Source: Clostridiales bacterium | GTDB taxonomy: Bacteria; Bacillota; Clostridia; Saccharofermentanales; Saccharofermentanaceae | Direction of reading: 5' to 3' | Assembly (NCBI GenBank): GCA_017617995.1 | Contig: JAFZVE010000072.1 | Span: 31,997 to 95,996, forward strand | DNA: 64,000 nt | In this document: in pieces, positions 28,485-36,772 of the stretch | How the letters are laid out: each line of letters opens with the position of its first letter | Position numbering within the stretch: the first letter of the stretch is position 1 | Translations under genes and position numbers: made by a program | The notes under the pieces: generated by a model | The model's input: only the letters and a program-made list of their open reading frames with translations | Databases searched by the model: none | What the model was told of the DNA's origin: nothing

Positions 28485-29861
28485 TCACGATTCCGTCTCT
28501 TTTGCCACACGCGCGGCACACCAGTTCTCGAATTCCTGTTGCTTGGCATAGGACTCGAAATAGTACTCCTGAAACTCCGCCATCTCACTATCAGCGGCAT
28601 CTTCCTTCCAGTAAAGATACAGCCACGGTCCATCGCCGCCGGCCTCGAGTGATTCCTTCCGGCGCATCACTTTGCCACCTGAGATCAACTCCCATATCTT
28701 GTCGCACTCCTCGGCCGTGAGCTCGATCTTTCCGGAGTCTGTCACATCGGACTCCTCCAGCGGCCAGTGATCGCCCTCCCTTTTCTCGTGATAGAGGAAC
28801 CATTTCCCGTCCTCGCAGAGGATCTCGTAGCGCTGGAAGGTCGGCGGATCTGTCGAGTCCGAGCGGGTGAACCGGAATTCCTTCATCTGCTCGCGCGTCA
28901 CTTCGTCACCCACCACATACTCATATTTCGGAGTATTCTTCGCCATGAGCGATTCTCCATTTTTAATCGCATCCGTCATTACAGTGGCCGCCGTGAGGCC
29001 GAAGCCACCGAAAAACATGGCCGCCGAAAGCCCGCCCGCGATGGCAAACTTCGTAGCTTTATGGTGTTCGGGATCGATAAGCATCATGCCGGTCACGAGA
29101 AGGATCGGTGCGGCAAACGCGAAAAACATATATGCACCGAGCGCCGCGACGCCGTTGATTTCCATCACCTGCTCTGCCGAGCTCTCGGTGTTGATGAACT
29201 GATTGCCGAGATAGCTCAGCGTCGCCGCCGCGAAGTTATTGAGGAAATGCATGAGCATCGGAAGAAGAATATTGTTTTTCTTAACAAGAAGGTACGACAT
29301 GATCGCACCAGCCGTCGCCGTACTCAGAAACCGAAGCGGCGACCAGTGCATGATACCGAAGAACACGCCCATGATGAGGACGATCACCCAGTCTTTCTTA
29401 ATCGACCGGAAATGGGACAGCACGCAGCCACGCTCCATCGACTCTTCACAGATCGCCGGCAGAAGCGCTACGACGAGCACCATCTCGAGGTAATTCATCT
29501 TTCCGTAGAGGAAATCCGACAGTCCCGTCACTTCGCTTCGGACGGACTTCGGAAGGACTGCGAGCGAGATACCGACACCCACCATACTGAAGAGAAATCC
29601 GGTCACCGCGAGAATCACGACACCCCAGAATTCTCTGCCCGTGATTTTCTTTACCGGGAACATCTCACGGAGTTTGACACGGCGGATGAGGCAGTACAGT
29701 ACCGAAACGACCAGGAACATCAGCTCGGATCCGATGAGTCCGGGGATGCCGTATGTTCTCTGCATCCACGCGCCCGCCGTGAGAAATAGTCCGAGAAAAC
29801 CCGCCTGTACCACAAATCCCATCCATGGGCGGAGTTTCTTCTGATTCGATACCTGTTCCAT
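28485..29861 (-). CDS. CPBP-family intramembrane glutamic endopeptidase with soluble C-terminal extension
   Basis: Motifs EESMERG, FGIMHWS and HFLNN lie in a multi-TM protein. An extra soluble domain of about 170 aa follows. Confidence 0.8.
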   Translation of the reverse strand: MEQVSNQKKLRPWMGFVVQAGFLGLFLTAGAWMQRTYGIPGLIGSELMFLVVSVLYCLIRRVKLREMFPVKKITGREFWGVVILAVTGFLFSMVGVGISLAVLPKSVRSEVTGLSDFLYGKMNYLEMVLVVALLPAICEESMERGCVLSHFRSIKKDWVIVLIMGVFFGIMHWSPLRFLSTATAGAIMSYLLVKKNNILLPMLMHFLNNFAAATLSYLGNQFINTESSAEQVMEINGVAALGAYMFFAFAAPILLVTGMMLIDPEHHKATKFAIAGGLSAAMFFGGFGLTAATVMTDAIKNGESLMAKNTPKYEYVVGDEVTREQMKEFRFTRSDSTDPPTFQRYEILCEDGKWFLYHEKREGDHWPLEESDVTDSGKIELTAEECDKIWELISGGKVMRRKESLEAGGDGPWLYLYWKEDAADSEMAEFQEYYFESYAKQQEFENWCAARVAKETES

Positions 29862-29968
29862 ACGTCTCTCCTGTTGTTTTACCTATGCTAAAATAGTACC
29901 ATATTCACTCGGGTTTCGGTAATCCGAAGCCCCCGAGAAAACAAGATCCGAGAATCGAGGAACACGTC

Positions 29969-30817
29969 ATGACTATACCGATCGAGACTGTAAAAACATC
30001 CGAATTTGAGATGGATTATTTCCGCTTCGGAAACGGAAAGAAGACCGCGGTCATTCTTCCCGGGATCAGCGTCAAGTCCGTGATGGACTCAGCCAGCTCA
30101 GTGGTCAAACAGTACTCGCTCTGGGAGGAAGAATTCACGACGTATCTTTTCGACAGAAGGAAGAATCTCCCCGAGAAGTACTCGGTCCCCGATATGGCGC
30201 GTGATACTGCCTCCGCGATGCGTGCGCTCGGCCTTTCCGGCGTATGTCTTTTCGGCGCCTCTCAGGGCGGCATGATCGCTCTTGCCTTAACGATCGACAA
30301 CCCCGATCTCGTAAGTAGACTCGCCCTCGGTTCCACCACCGCCCGGGTCACTTCGGACGACACTTCGGGCTGCACTTCTGAAGATGGAGAAGAATCTTCC
30401 GGTGCTCTCGGCTGCATCGACAACTGGATCGACCTCGCCAGATCTGGCGACGCGCGGACACTTTATCGCGAATTCGGAAGACACATCTACCCTGAAGCGG
30501 TTTTCGAGCGATATAAAAATATCCTCGAAGGACTAAGTAACTTCGTCACGAAGGAGGACCTCGACCGATTCATCACACTCGCCGAAGGGACTTACGGATT
30601 CGACGTCAGCGCCTCACTCGACAGAATCACCTGCCCCGTTTTCGTCATCGGCTCAAACGACGATGAGGTGGTCCCTCCTGCATACTCTCTCGAGCTCAAA
30701 GAAGGTCTCACCTCATCTTCTGATTGTAAGCTTTATATGTATGACGGCTGCGGTCACGCGGCATTTGACACCGCGCCCGACTACCAGAAACGCCTCCTCG
30801 ATTTCTTCACCGCTTAA
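29969..30817 (+). CDS. alpha/beta hydrolase
   Basis: Nucleophile elbow GASQGG and a C-terminal GCGH motif, in 282 aa. Confidence 0.8.
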   Translation: MTIPIETVKTSEFEMDYFRFGNGKKTAVILPGISVKSVMDSASSVVKQYSLWEEEFTTYLFDRRKNLPEKYSVPDMARDTASAMRALGLSGVCLFGASQGGMIALALTIDNPDLVSRLALGSTTARVTSDDTSGCTSEDGEESSGALGCIDNWIDLARSGDARTLYREFGRHIYPEAVFERYKNILEGLSNFVTKEDLDRFITLAEGTYGFDVSASLDRITCPVFVIGSNDDEVVPPAYSLELKEGLTSSSDCKLYMYDGCGHAAFDTAPDYQKRLLDFFTA

Positions 30818-30848
30818 CCGAGGCGTATATTCTGCACATCTTCACTAC

Positions 30849-31070
30849 TTAGCCCAGCAGCGCCTCGACGGCTTTTCTAACCTCGTCCATATCAACGGTC
30901 GGCTCGAATCGAGCGACGACATTCCCCTCACGGTCGATCAGGAACTTCGTGAAATTCCAGCGGATATACGCCTTGTCGCCAAAGGTCTTGTTGTTCATGT
31001 CCGAGAACTTCTTCAGCGCCATGCTCTTGATGCCATTTCCGAATCCTCCTTTTTGATTCTGTTTTCTCAC
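30849..31070 (-). pseudogene. glutathione peroxidase C-terminal fragment
   Basis: Only the last ~70 aa of a Gpx remain (..IRWNFTKFLIDREGNVVARFEPTVDMDEV..). The N-terminal catalytic part is missing, and the upstream sequence reads as an unrelated short ORF. Confidence 0.6.
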
Positions 31071-31374
31071 GAAATTCCATCTTAATGAATCCGTTTCACG
31101 AATTCTGTTCCATATTCCGAAGTGCCTTGTACGTCAGTTCATAGAGCACCTGAAATTCCTCGAGCGTAAGACCCATACACTTCGCGATCGCCGGGGGGAT
31201 GTGCACGGCTCCGATGTCAATCCTTTCCTTTATGAAAAAAACACGAAAACAAAAGGCGGGTAGTTGACAGTGACATCGACCCGTGGTATCATGATTCACG
31301 ACGATATCATTTTGATATCACTTCAACATCACACGAGGGCTCATGCCCATGACAAGAAAGAAAAGGTGAAACTT

Positions 31375-32430
31375 ATGAAAGACACAAACATCAATGAGAA
31401 AATCCTTAAGGGAAGAAAGATCGGAGGTCTCGTCCTCTTCCTGTACATCATTCTGACCTGTGCTTCGATCGCAGGCATCATCTACAGCGGAATCAACGCT
31501 ACCAACGACAACCCGGATCCGCTATGGATGTTCATCGTAAGTATCGTCTTCATCTGTATCGGTTGGTTCCCGCTCTGCGGTCTTAAAGTCCTTAAGCCGA
31601 ACGAAGCCCTCGTACTGACACTCTTCGGTAAATACATCGGCACCCTGAAGGGCGACGGATTCTTCTGGGTCAACCCCTTCTGCACAGCCTTTAATCCGGC
31701 AGCAGGTACTCACCTCGGTCAGAGTGGAGATGTTTCCCAGAAAGGATCTTCCATCCTGGTAGCTGCCGCTGCGGCAAGCACCGGAACATCTGCAACAACG
31801 ACAGCAGAGATGGTCTCCAGAAAGATCTCCCTTAAGGTCATGACCCTCTCGAACTCTAAGCAGAAGGTCAACGACGTACTCGGTAATCCGGTCGAGATCG
31901 CAGTCGCCGTTATGTGGAAGGTCAACGATACAGCGAAGGCAGTATTTAATGTAGATAACTTCAAGGAATATCTCTCCCTGCAGTGCGACACCGCAGTCAG
32001 AAATGTAGTTAAGGTTTATCCTTATGACGTAACAGATAACGTAGATACCACAGGCGACGGCGAGGCCGATGACGGGTCCCTCAGAGGTTCCACCGAGGTC
32101 GTCGCCAACCGTATCAAAGAAGAGATCCAGAGCAAGGTTTCCGATGCGGGTCTTGAGATCGTCGATGCACGTATCACCTACCTGGCCTATGCACCGGAGA
32201 TCGCTGCGGCGATGCTGCAGCGTCAGCAGGCTTCCGCGATCGTAGACGCGAGAAAGCTCATCGTAGACGGCGCCGTCGGCATGGTCGAGATGGCTCTGGA
32301 AAGATTGTCCGAGAAGAACACAGTCGAACTGGATGAGGAGCGCAAGGCGGCAATGGTTTCCAATCTCCTGGTCGTACTGTGCGGCAATAAGGAAGCGCAG
32401 CCGGTCGTAAACTCCGGCAGCCTCTACTAA
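31375..32430 (+). CDS. SPFH/Band-7 domain membrane protein
   Basis: Trimmed to ATG 31375 (MKDTNINEK..). It has two N-terminal TM segments followed by an SPFH-like core ending ..AAMLQRQQASAIVDARKLIVDGAVGMV. Confidence 0.8.
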   Translation: MKDTNINEKILKGRKIGGLVLFLYIILTCASIAGIIYSGINATNDNPDPLWMFIVSIVFICIGWFPLCGLKVLKPNEALVLTLFGKYIGTLKGDGFFWVNPFCTAFNPAAGTHLGQSGDVSQKGSSILVAAAAASTGTSATTTAEMVSRKISLKVMTLSNSKQKVNDVLGNPVEIAVAVMWKVNDTAKAVFNVDNFKEYLSLQCDTAVRNVVKVYPYDVTDNVDTTGDGEADDGSLRGSTEVVANRIKEEIQSKVSDAGLEIVDARITYLAYAPEIAAAMLQRQQASAIVDARKLIVDGAVGMVEMALERLSEKNTVELDEERKAAMVSNLLVVLCGNKEAQPVVNSGSLY

Positions 32431-32442
32431 GGGACGGAAGAA

Positions 32443-32652
32443 ATGGCGGATAAGATGCCTGAGAAGAAACAAGTCCCTCTCCGGCTCTCGGCGAAGCTTT
32501 ATGACGCCATCGCCGCGTGGGCAGAAGACGACTTCCGTTCCGTCAACGGACAGATCGAATACCTCCTGACCGAGTGTGTCAAGCAGAGAAAGAAAAACGG
32601 AAAATACGTATCTGATGAACTGGACAAACCGCTCGATCTGGACATCAAGTAA
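32443..32652 (+). CDS. ribbon-helix-helix (Arc/MetJ-like) small protein
   Basis: 69 aa. KKQVPLRLSAKLYDAIAAWAEDDFRSVNGQIEYLL has the RHH pattern. It starts 12 nt after the SPFH gene. Confidence 0.7.
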   Translation: MADKMPEKKQVPLRLSAKLYDAIAAWAEDDFRSVNGQIEYLLTECVKQRKKNGKYVSDELDKPLDLDIK

Positions 32653-32713
32653 TCCTTCTTCGCGAAAAGCACTAGCACATCGAGTGACTGCTAAAAGAAG
32701 AAAAAGCAAGCGC

Positions 32714-32760
32714 AAAAAGAACGGTGACGAGCATCTGCCCGTCACCGTTCTTCAGCTTCT
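32714..32760. terminator. bidirectional terminator between the RHH gene and the response regulator gene
   Basis: GAACGGTGACG (32719-32729) pairs with CGTCACCGTTC (32740-32750). AAAAA precedes the stem and TTCAGCTTCTTTTCC follows it. Confidence 0.65.
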
Positions 32761-32850
32761 TTTCCTTTTCTACGAAATAAACTGACTTCTCTTTCCTTCT
32801 TCTTCACCCGACTTTTTACTCATTCATATATCCTTCGTTTCAACGACCAT

Positions 32851-33510
32851 TTACTCGTCATGCAAACGCTCTTTGTCATTCACAACCAGCCCGAGAAGCT
32901 TCGCATGCGCCGCCAGTGTGAGCCGGCTCTCAAATCCCGTTTTCTCCATGATGTTCTGTATATGTCTTTTGACCGTATTGACAGAGATCTGGAGTTTCTC
33001 GGCGATCTCTTCATTTGTCATGCTGGCCGTCAGTTCACGGAGGATCTCCAGTTCCCGCTCCGTAAGGTCGGCGCGAGTGACTCTGCCAAAAGGAACCTTC
33101 GGCGACTCTTCCGGATAGACCGACACACCACTTATCGTACGGTCCATAATCTCCAGAAGTCCGTGCTCATCGTATTCCTTATACCAGAAGCTCTCGATGC
33201 CGGCGGCTCTCGCCTTTTCTTCCCAGCTCGTCTCCGAGGTGGAGGTCGTCAGGATGATCTTGATCTCAGGATGACTCTTCTTGATTCTTTCCGCTGCCGT
33301 CAATCCGTCGATCCCGTCCTGCATCATAACATCGAGGATCAGAAGGTCGACCTCATGCGTATCGACGAAGGCCACCGCTTCTTTCGCCGTTCGAAGTCCG
33401 GCGATCAGTTCATAGTTCGCCGCAGCACGCACGTACATCTCAAAGAAGCCACGGGAAATATTCTGATCATCAACAACGACCACTTTGGCTCGGGATGTCT
33501 TCTCTTGCAT
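32851..33510 (-). CDS. LuxR/NarL-family response regulator
   Basis: Receiver VVVVDDQ...LLILDVMMQDGIDG...KIILTTS plus the HTH LTERELEILRELTASMTNEEIAEKLQISVNTVKRHI. ATG 33510 gives 219 aa (the track start 33603 is a GTG). Confidence 0.85.
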   Translation of the reverse strand: MQEKTSRAKVVVVDDQNISRGFFEMYVRAAANYELIAGLRTAKEAVAFVDTHEVDLLILDVMMQDGIDGLTAAERIKKSHPEIKIILTTSTSETSWEEKARAAGIESFWYKEYDEHGLLEIMDRTISGVSVYPEESPKVPFGRVTRADLTERELEILRELTASMTNEEIAEKLQISVNTVKRHIQNIMEKTGFESRLTLAAHAKLLGLVVNDKERLHDE

Positions 33511-33728
33511 ATATTTCAAATCCTTCTTCGTTTCCTGATTCGACCCTGATGAGGACTGTTTTCTCTTCGCTGGAGGGAATATCCGCTCTTTTTGTGTTTC
33601 CACAAATAAATCTTACAAAAATTAAGAAGTCTTGAGAATCACCTTTTTGTACCATTTTTGAAATGCCGAGCTCTCGCCGCAAGAAGCACTTCACTTGCCC
33701 AAAGCATACGCTACAGAATGAGATTCCC

Positions 33729-35033
33729 TTATCCCGGCATCCGCACGGAAAGAACGAATTCCGGATCGCTCTTGATCGTCATCACGCCGCCCTTTTCTTC
33801 CACCGTCCTTCGAAGCGACAAAAGGCCTCCGCTCTCGGCAATCTTCCCCTTCGGTGGTTTTCCGTTATTCCGGATCGAAAAGACGAGTTCCTCTCCATCG
33901 GAAAGGATCAGATCGCCCGCGCATTTTCTTTTCTCGACCATCACGCGGATCGTGTCCCCCTCGGCATGCTTGACCGTATTTGCCGCACACTCCGTGATGG
34001 CCTGTGACAGAAGATCCCGGAACGTCTCATTTTCCGGCATACCTCCAGTAAGCTCGACATGCACTCCGATACTGTTGGCCATGGCGATGGAAGAAGTGAT
34101 TGCATCTTCTTCTCCCTGATAAGGTTCTTCCGACTCTCCCAGAAGGAAAAGGTTCATCTGGTGCGTCGCCACATAGACCACCTTCGGATCCGTGACATCT
34201 TTGTGATTAAGATAGTGCCGTCCCATCAGAAGCACCTGACCGAGCTGGTTATGGAGCGCTGCACGCGCATCGGCTTCCTCCTGCGCGACGAACATATCTC
34301 CGGACAGATCCGAGACGGCCTTCATACGACGCTGGATATCGAGAAGAAGCTCGTTCTTCTCCCGAAGGATCTCGATGATCTCATACCGCTCCGTCACATC
34401 CGTCGCCGTGATCTGCTCATACTCCGTCTCATTGACCAGTACTCCCGTCTTCTCGAAGAGCCACGTCCCTGCGTTCTTCGTGCGCACCAGGAACTGTCCG
34501 TTCTGCTCTTCTCCCGTCTCGGAAACCTGCGACCAGAAACGTGCCCCGTCGACAAGAAGATCGCCTGTCATCTGCTTACTCAGTTCATTGATACGAAGGT
34601 TCGACAGGCGCACCGTTCCATCCCTGTCACAGATAGCGATCCCCTCCGGAAGGATATCGATGGTCTGACAGATCGCATCTGATGTCAGGAAGCTCTTGCG
34701 AAGCAGGACACCGTCGCGGATGCAGACGAGGAGCAGCACCAGCGAGAGGATCTCGATCCCGGCAAAGACAAGATACGGTACATCGAACAGCGCCAGCTCG
34801 AACGACGAGAAAACTGCTTCGCCCACATAGTCTACGCGTGCGCAGTCCATCAGGATCAGGAACAAAGCGAAAGACAGGATCATATTGATCCACGAGAGCA
34901 GAAGCAGCCGCTTCTTACGTGTCTCATCGAGCGTGCGGAGGAGCACCGCAAATGCACCGGATATGAGGAAGAATGCGGCGGCGCAGATGACAAACCACAG
35001 GCCGGTATTGAGGATCGAACGGATGGAATTCAT
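33729..35033 (-). CDS. membrane sensor histidine kinase (HisKA_3-type)
   Basis: N-terminal TMs, a PAS-like middle and the H-box AALHNQLGQVLL, with a C-terminal ATPase (NNGKPP, GGLLSL). Its ATG overlaps the upstream stop (ATGA). Confidence 0.85.
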   Translation of the reverse strand: MNSIRSILNTGLWFVICAAAFFLISGAFAVLLRTLDETRKKRLLLLSWINMILSFALFLILMDCARVDYVGEAVFSSFELALFDVPYLVFAGIEILSLVLLLVCIRDGVLLRKSFLTSDAICQTIDILPEGIAICDRDGTVRLSNLRINELSKQMTGDLLVDGARFWSQVSETGEEQNGQFLVRTKNAGTWLFEKTGVLVNETEYEQITATDVTERYEIIEILREKNELLLDIQRRMKAVSDLSGDMFVAQEEADARAALHNQLGQVLLMGRHYLNHKDVTDPKVVYVATHQMNLFLLGESEEPYQGEEDAITSSIAMANSIGVHVELTGGMPENETFRDLLSQAITECAANTVKHAEGDTIRVMVEKRKCAGDLILSDGEELVFSIRNNGKPPKGKIAESGGLLSLRRTVEEKGGVMTIKSDPEFVLSVRMPG

Positions 35034-36670
35034 GTGCTCTCCCCTCCCTTTCTGCGGATGGTGAAGAAGAAAACACCGTCACTTTCTTTCACTTCGACCG
35101 GCAACACGGTTTCCGGGATCTCCCGTTCTTCTTTCGCCTCTGCCGCGATGCGGATGCCTTCGGGAAGGATCGACACCGTCATTCCCGTAAGGACCGGAAG
35201 ATACGCCTCGACGACCATTTCAAAGGTATCGTAGAGATCGTTGAGATCCGAAAGAGGCATATCCGAGTATTCCTCGCCCACCGTAGCCGCCTCGATCCCG
35301 CAGCACTTCATGAATCGGCACGATTCCGACAAGGCAAGGTAGAGTTCCCTGTTTCTTCCCGTGAGGGTCTCCTCGGACAGAAGAAGAAGATTCGTCTTTC
35401 TCTTCGAGTATGCATTTAGAACACAGACTTTTCCGAGCGCCTCGCCAAAAGAACTGTCCTCCGGATCGATATCCATAAGGAGCGTCTCGATTCTCTTCTG
35501 CTTCGGACGGATCGCCGCCGCGATACGTGCGTAAACCTGATTCTGCGCATCAAGACGGGCTTTCTGCTCACGAAGATGATTCTCCACCGCGATCAGATCG
35601 TTCTCTTCGTTGAGGATCTCGTTTGCCTCCGCAAGACTCCTTCTCTTCTCGAGAAGCTCGTGTTCGTTCTCCGTCCAGAACGCATATCCTGCGGGAATCG
35701 GCATACACATGAGACGTGTCTCTTCATCGAGATAGACCGGATGATCCTTGCACTCCTGAAGCTGGACGCGGGTCGCTCCGATCGGCGCGACCGTCTTATG
35801 CACGACATTCAGATCCGCATCCGTGATCAGAGCCGGAAGCCGGAACTTCTTGAAGAAGTTCCCGTGGTTCTGGTTATACGGGATCAGGCGGCTTCGGATA
35901 CAGCACTCGAAAATCAGAAGCAGGACGAAGACGTCGATCTCCGGCTTATTGTACATGCGAATGGAATCATGCTTCTCGAGAAACAGTGTCATACCGGCCA
36001 CCGAGACGATCCAGAATCCGATGATCCACACCAGTGCGACAACCACATTTTTCTTCTTCCTTCCGACCACGTTGAAAAGGATAGCGAGTGCGATCAGAAG
36101 CGTCAGGATGACCCATGCATATGCAGCAAAGAAAGCCGGTCCCCACGAATAGGAAGAGGAGTCCAGATCAAAAGCATTTCCTTCTACAGGACGATAGACC
36201 AGATGATGAAGATCATTCGTCATGACCAGCAGGAAAACAGCCAGTGAAGAAAAGATCACGGCTCTTTCCCTCTTTCTTCCGCGGTTCTTCTCCCCAAACA
36301 GAAGACTCAGCGCCGTGGTAAGGAGCATCGTCGGCACCATGATGATCGGCAGAAAATAGAAATAGGTGATGTGTCGCGAGATGATATCGGATGACGTGAC
36401 CGCACGGTACTTAAAGCCCCGGGCGATAATATAGGTCAGCATCAGGGCCGCCGCGAAGAAGATATACGAGCGCGTCCTCGTCGGGAGAAGTCTCGTGCGG
36501 ATCGTATCCGCCCAGAATACGATCAGTCCGATGAAGATCATGAGGTTACAGGAGAACATCAGCGCCCGAAACATCATGCTGCCCGTACGGGTCAGAAGAT
36601 TACATACCCCGGCGAGAAGAAACAGTGTGATGAAGACACTGGAGATCTTATGATTCAGTATTACTTTCAT
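35030..36670 (-). CDS. 7-TM membrane protein with coiled coil and degenerate kinase-like C-terminus (pseudo-kinase)
   Basis: The N-terminus has about 7 TM segments. It is followed by LLEKRRSLAEANEILNEENDLIAVENHLREQKARLDAQNQVYARIAAAI, with no His at the expected phospho-acceptor position and no obvious N/G boxes. Confidence 0.7.
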   Translation of the reverse strand: MKVILNHKISSVFITLFLLAGVCNLLTRTGSMMFRALMFSCNLMIFIGLIVFWADTIRTRLLPTRTRSYIFFAAALMLTYIIARGFKYRAVTSSDIISRHITYFYFLPIIMVPTMLLTTALSLLFGEKNRGRKRERAVIFSSLAVFLLVMTNDLHHLVYRPVEGNAFDLDSSSYSWGPAFFAAYAWVILTLLIALAILFNVVGRKKKNVVVALVWIIGFWIVSVAGMTLFLEKHDSIRMYNKPEIDVFVLLLIFECCIRSRLIPYNQNHGNFFKKFRLPALITDADLNVVHKTVAPIGATRVQLQECKDHPVYLDEETRLMCMPIPAGYAFWTENEHELLEKRRSLAEANEILNEENDLIAVENHLREQKARLDAQNQVYARIAAAIRPKQKRIETLLMDIDPEDSSFGEALGKVCVLNAYSKRKTNLLLLSEETLTGRNRELYLALSESCRFMKCCGIEAATVGEEYSDMPLSDLNDLYDTFEMVVEAYLPVLTGMTVSILPEGIRIAAEAKEEREIPETVLPVEVKESDGVFFFTIRRKGGEST

Positions 36671-36772
36671 TTTCCCAGATCCTCTGCCCCCATCGTTTCT
36701 TTCTTATCAGATATCCTATTTCATTTCATCATGACAATTCTTAAAAATCAAGACGCGAAGCCGGGGGCCACC

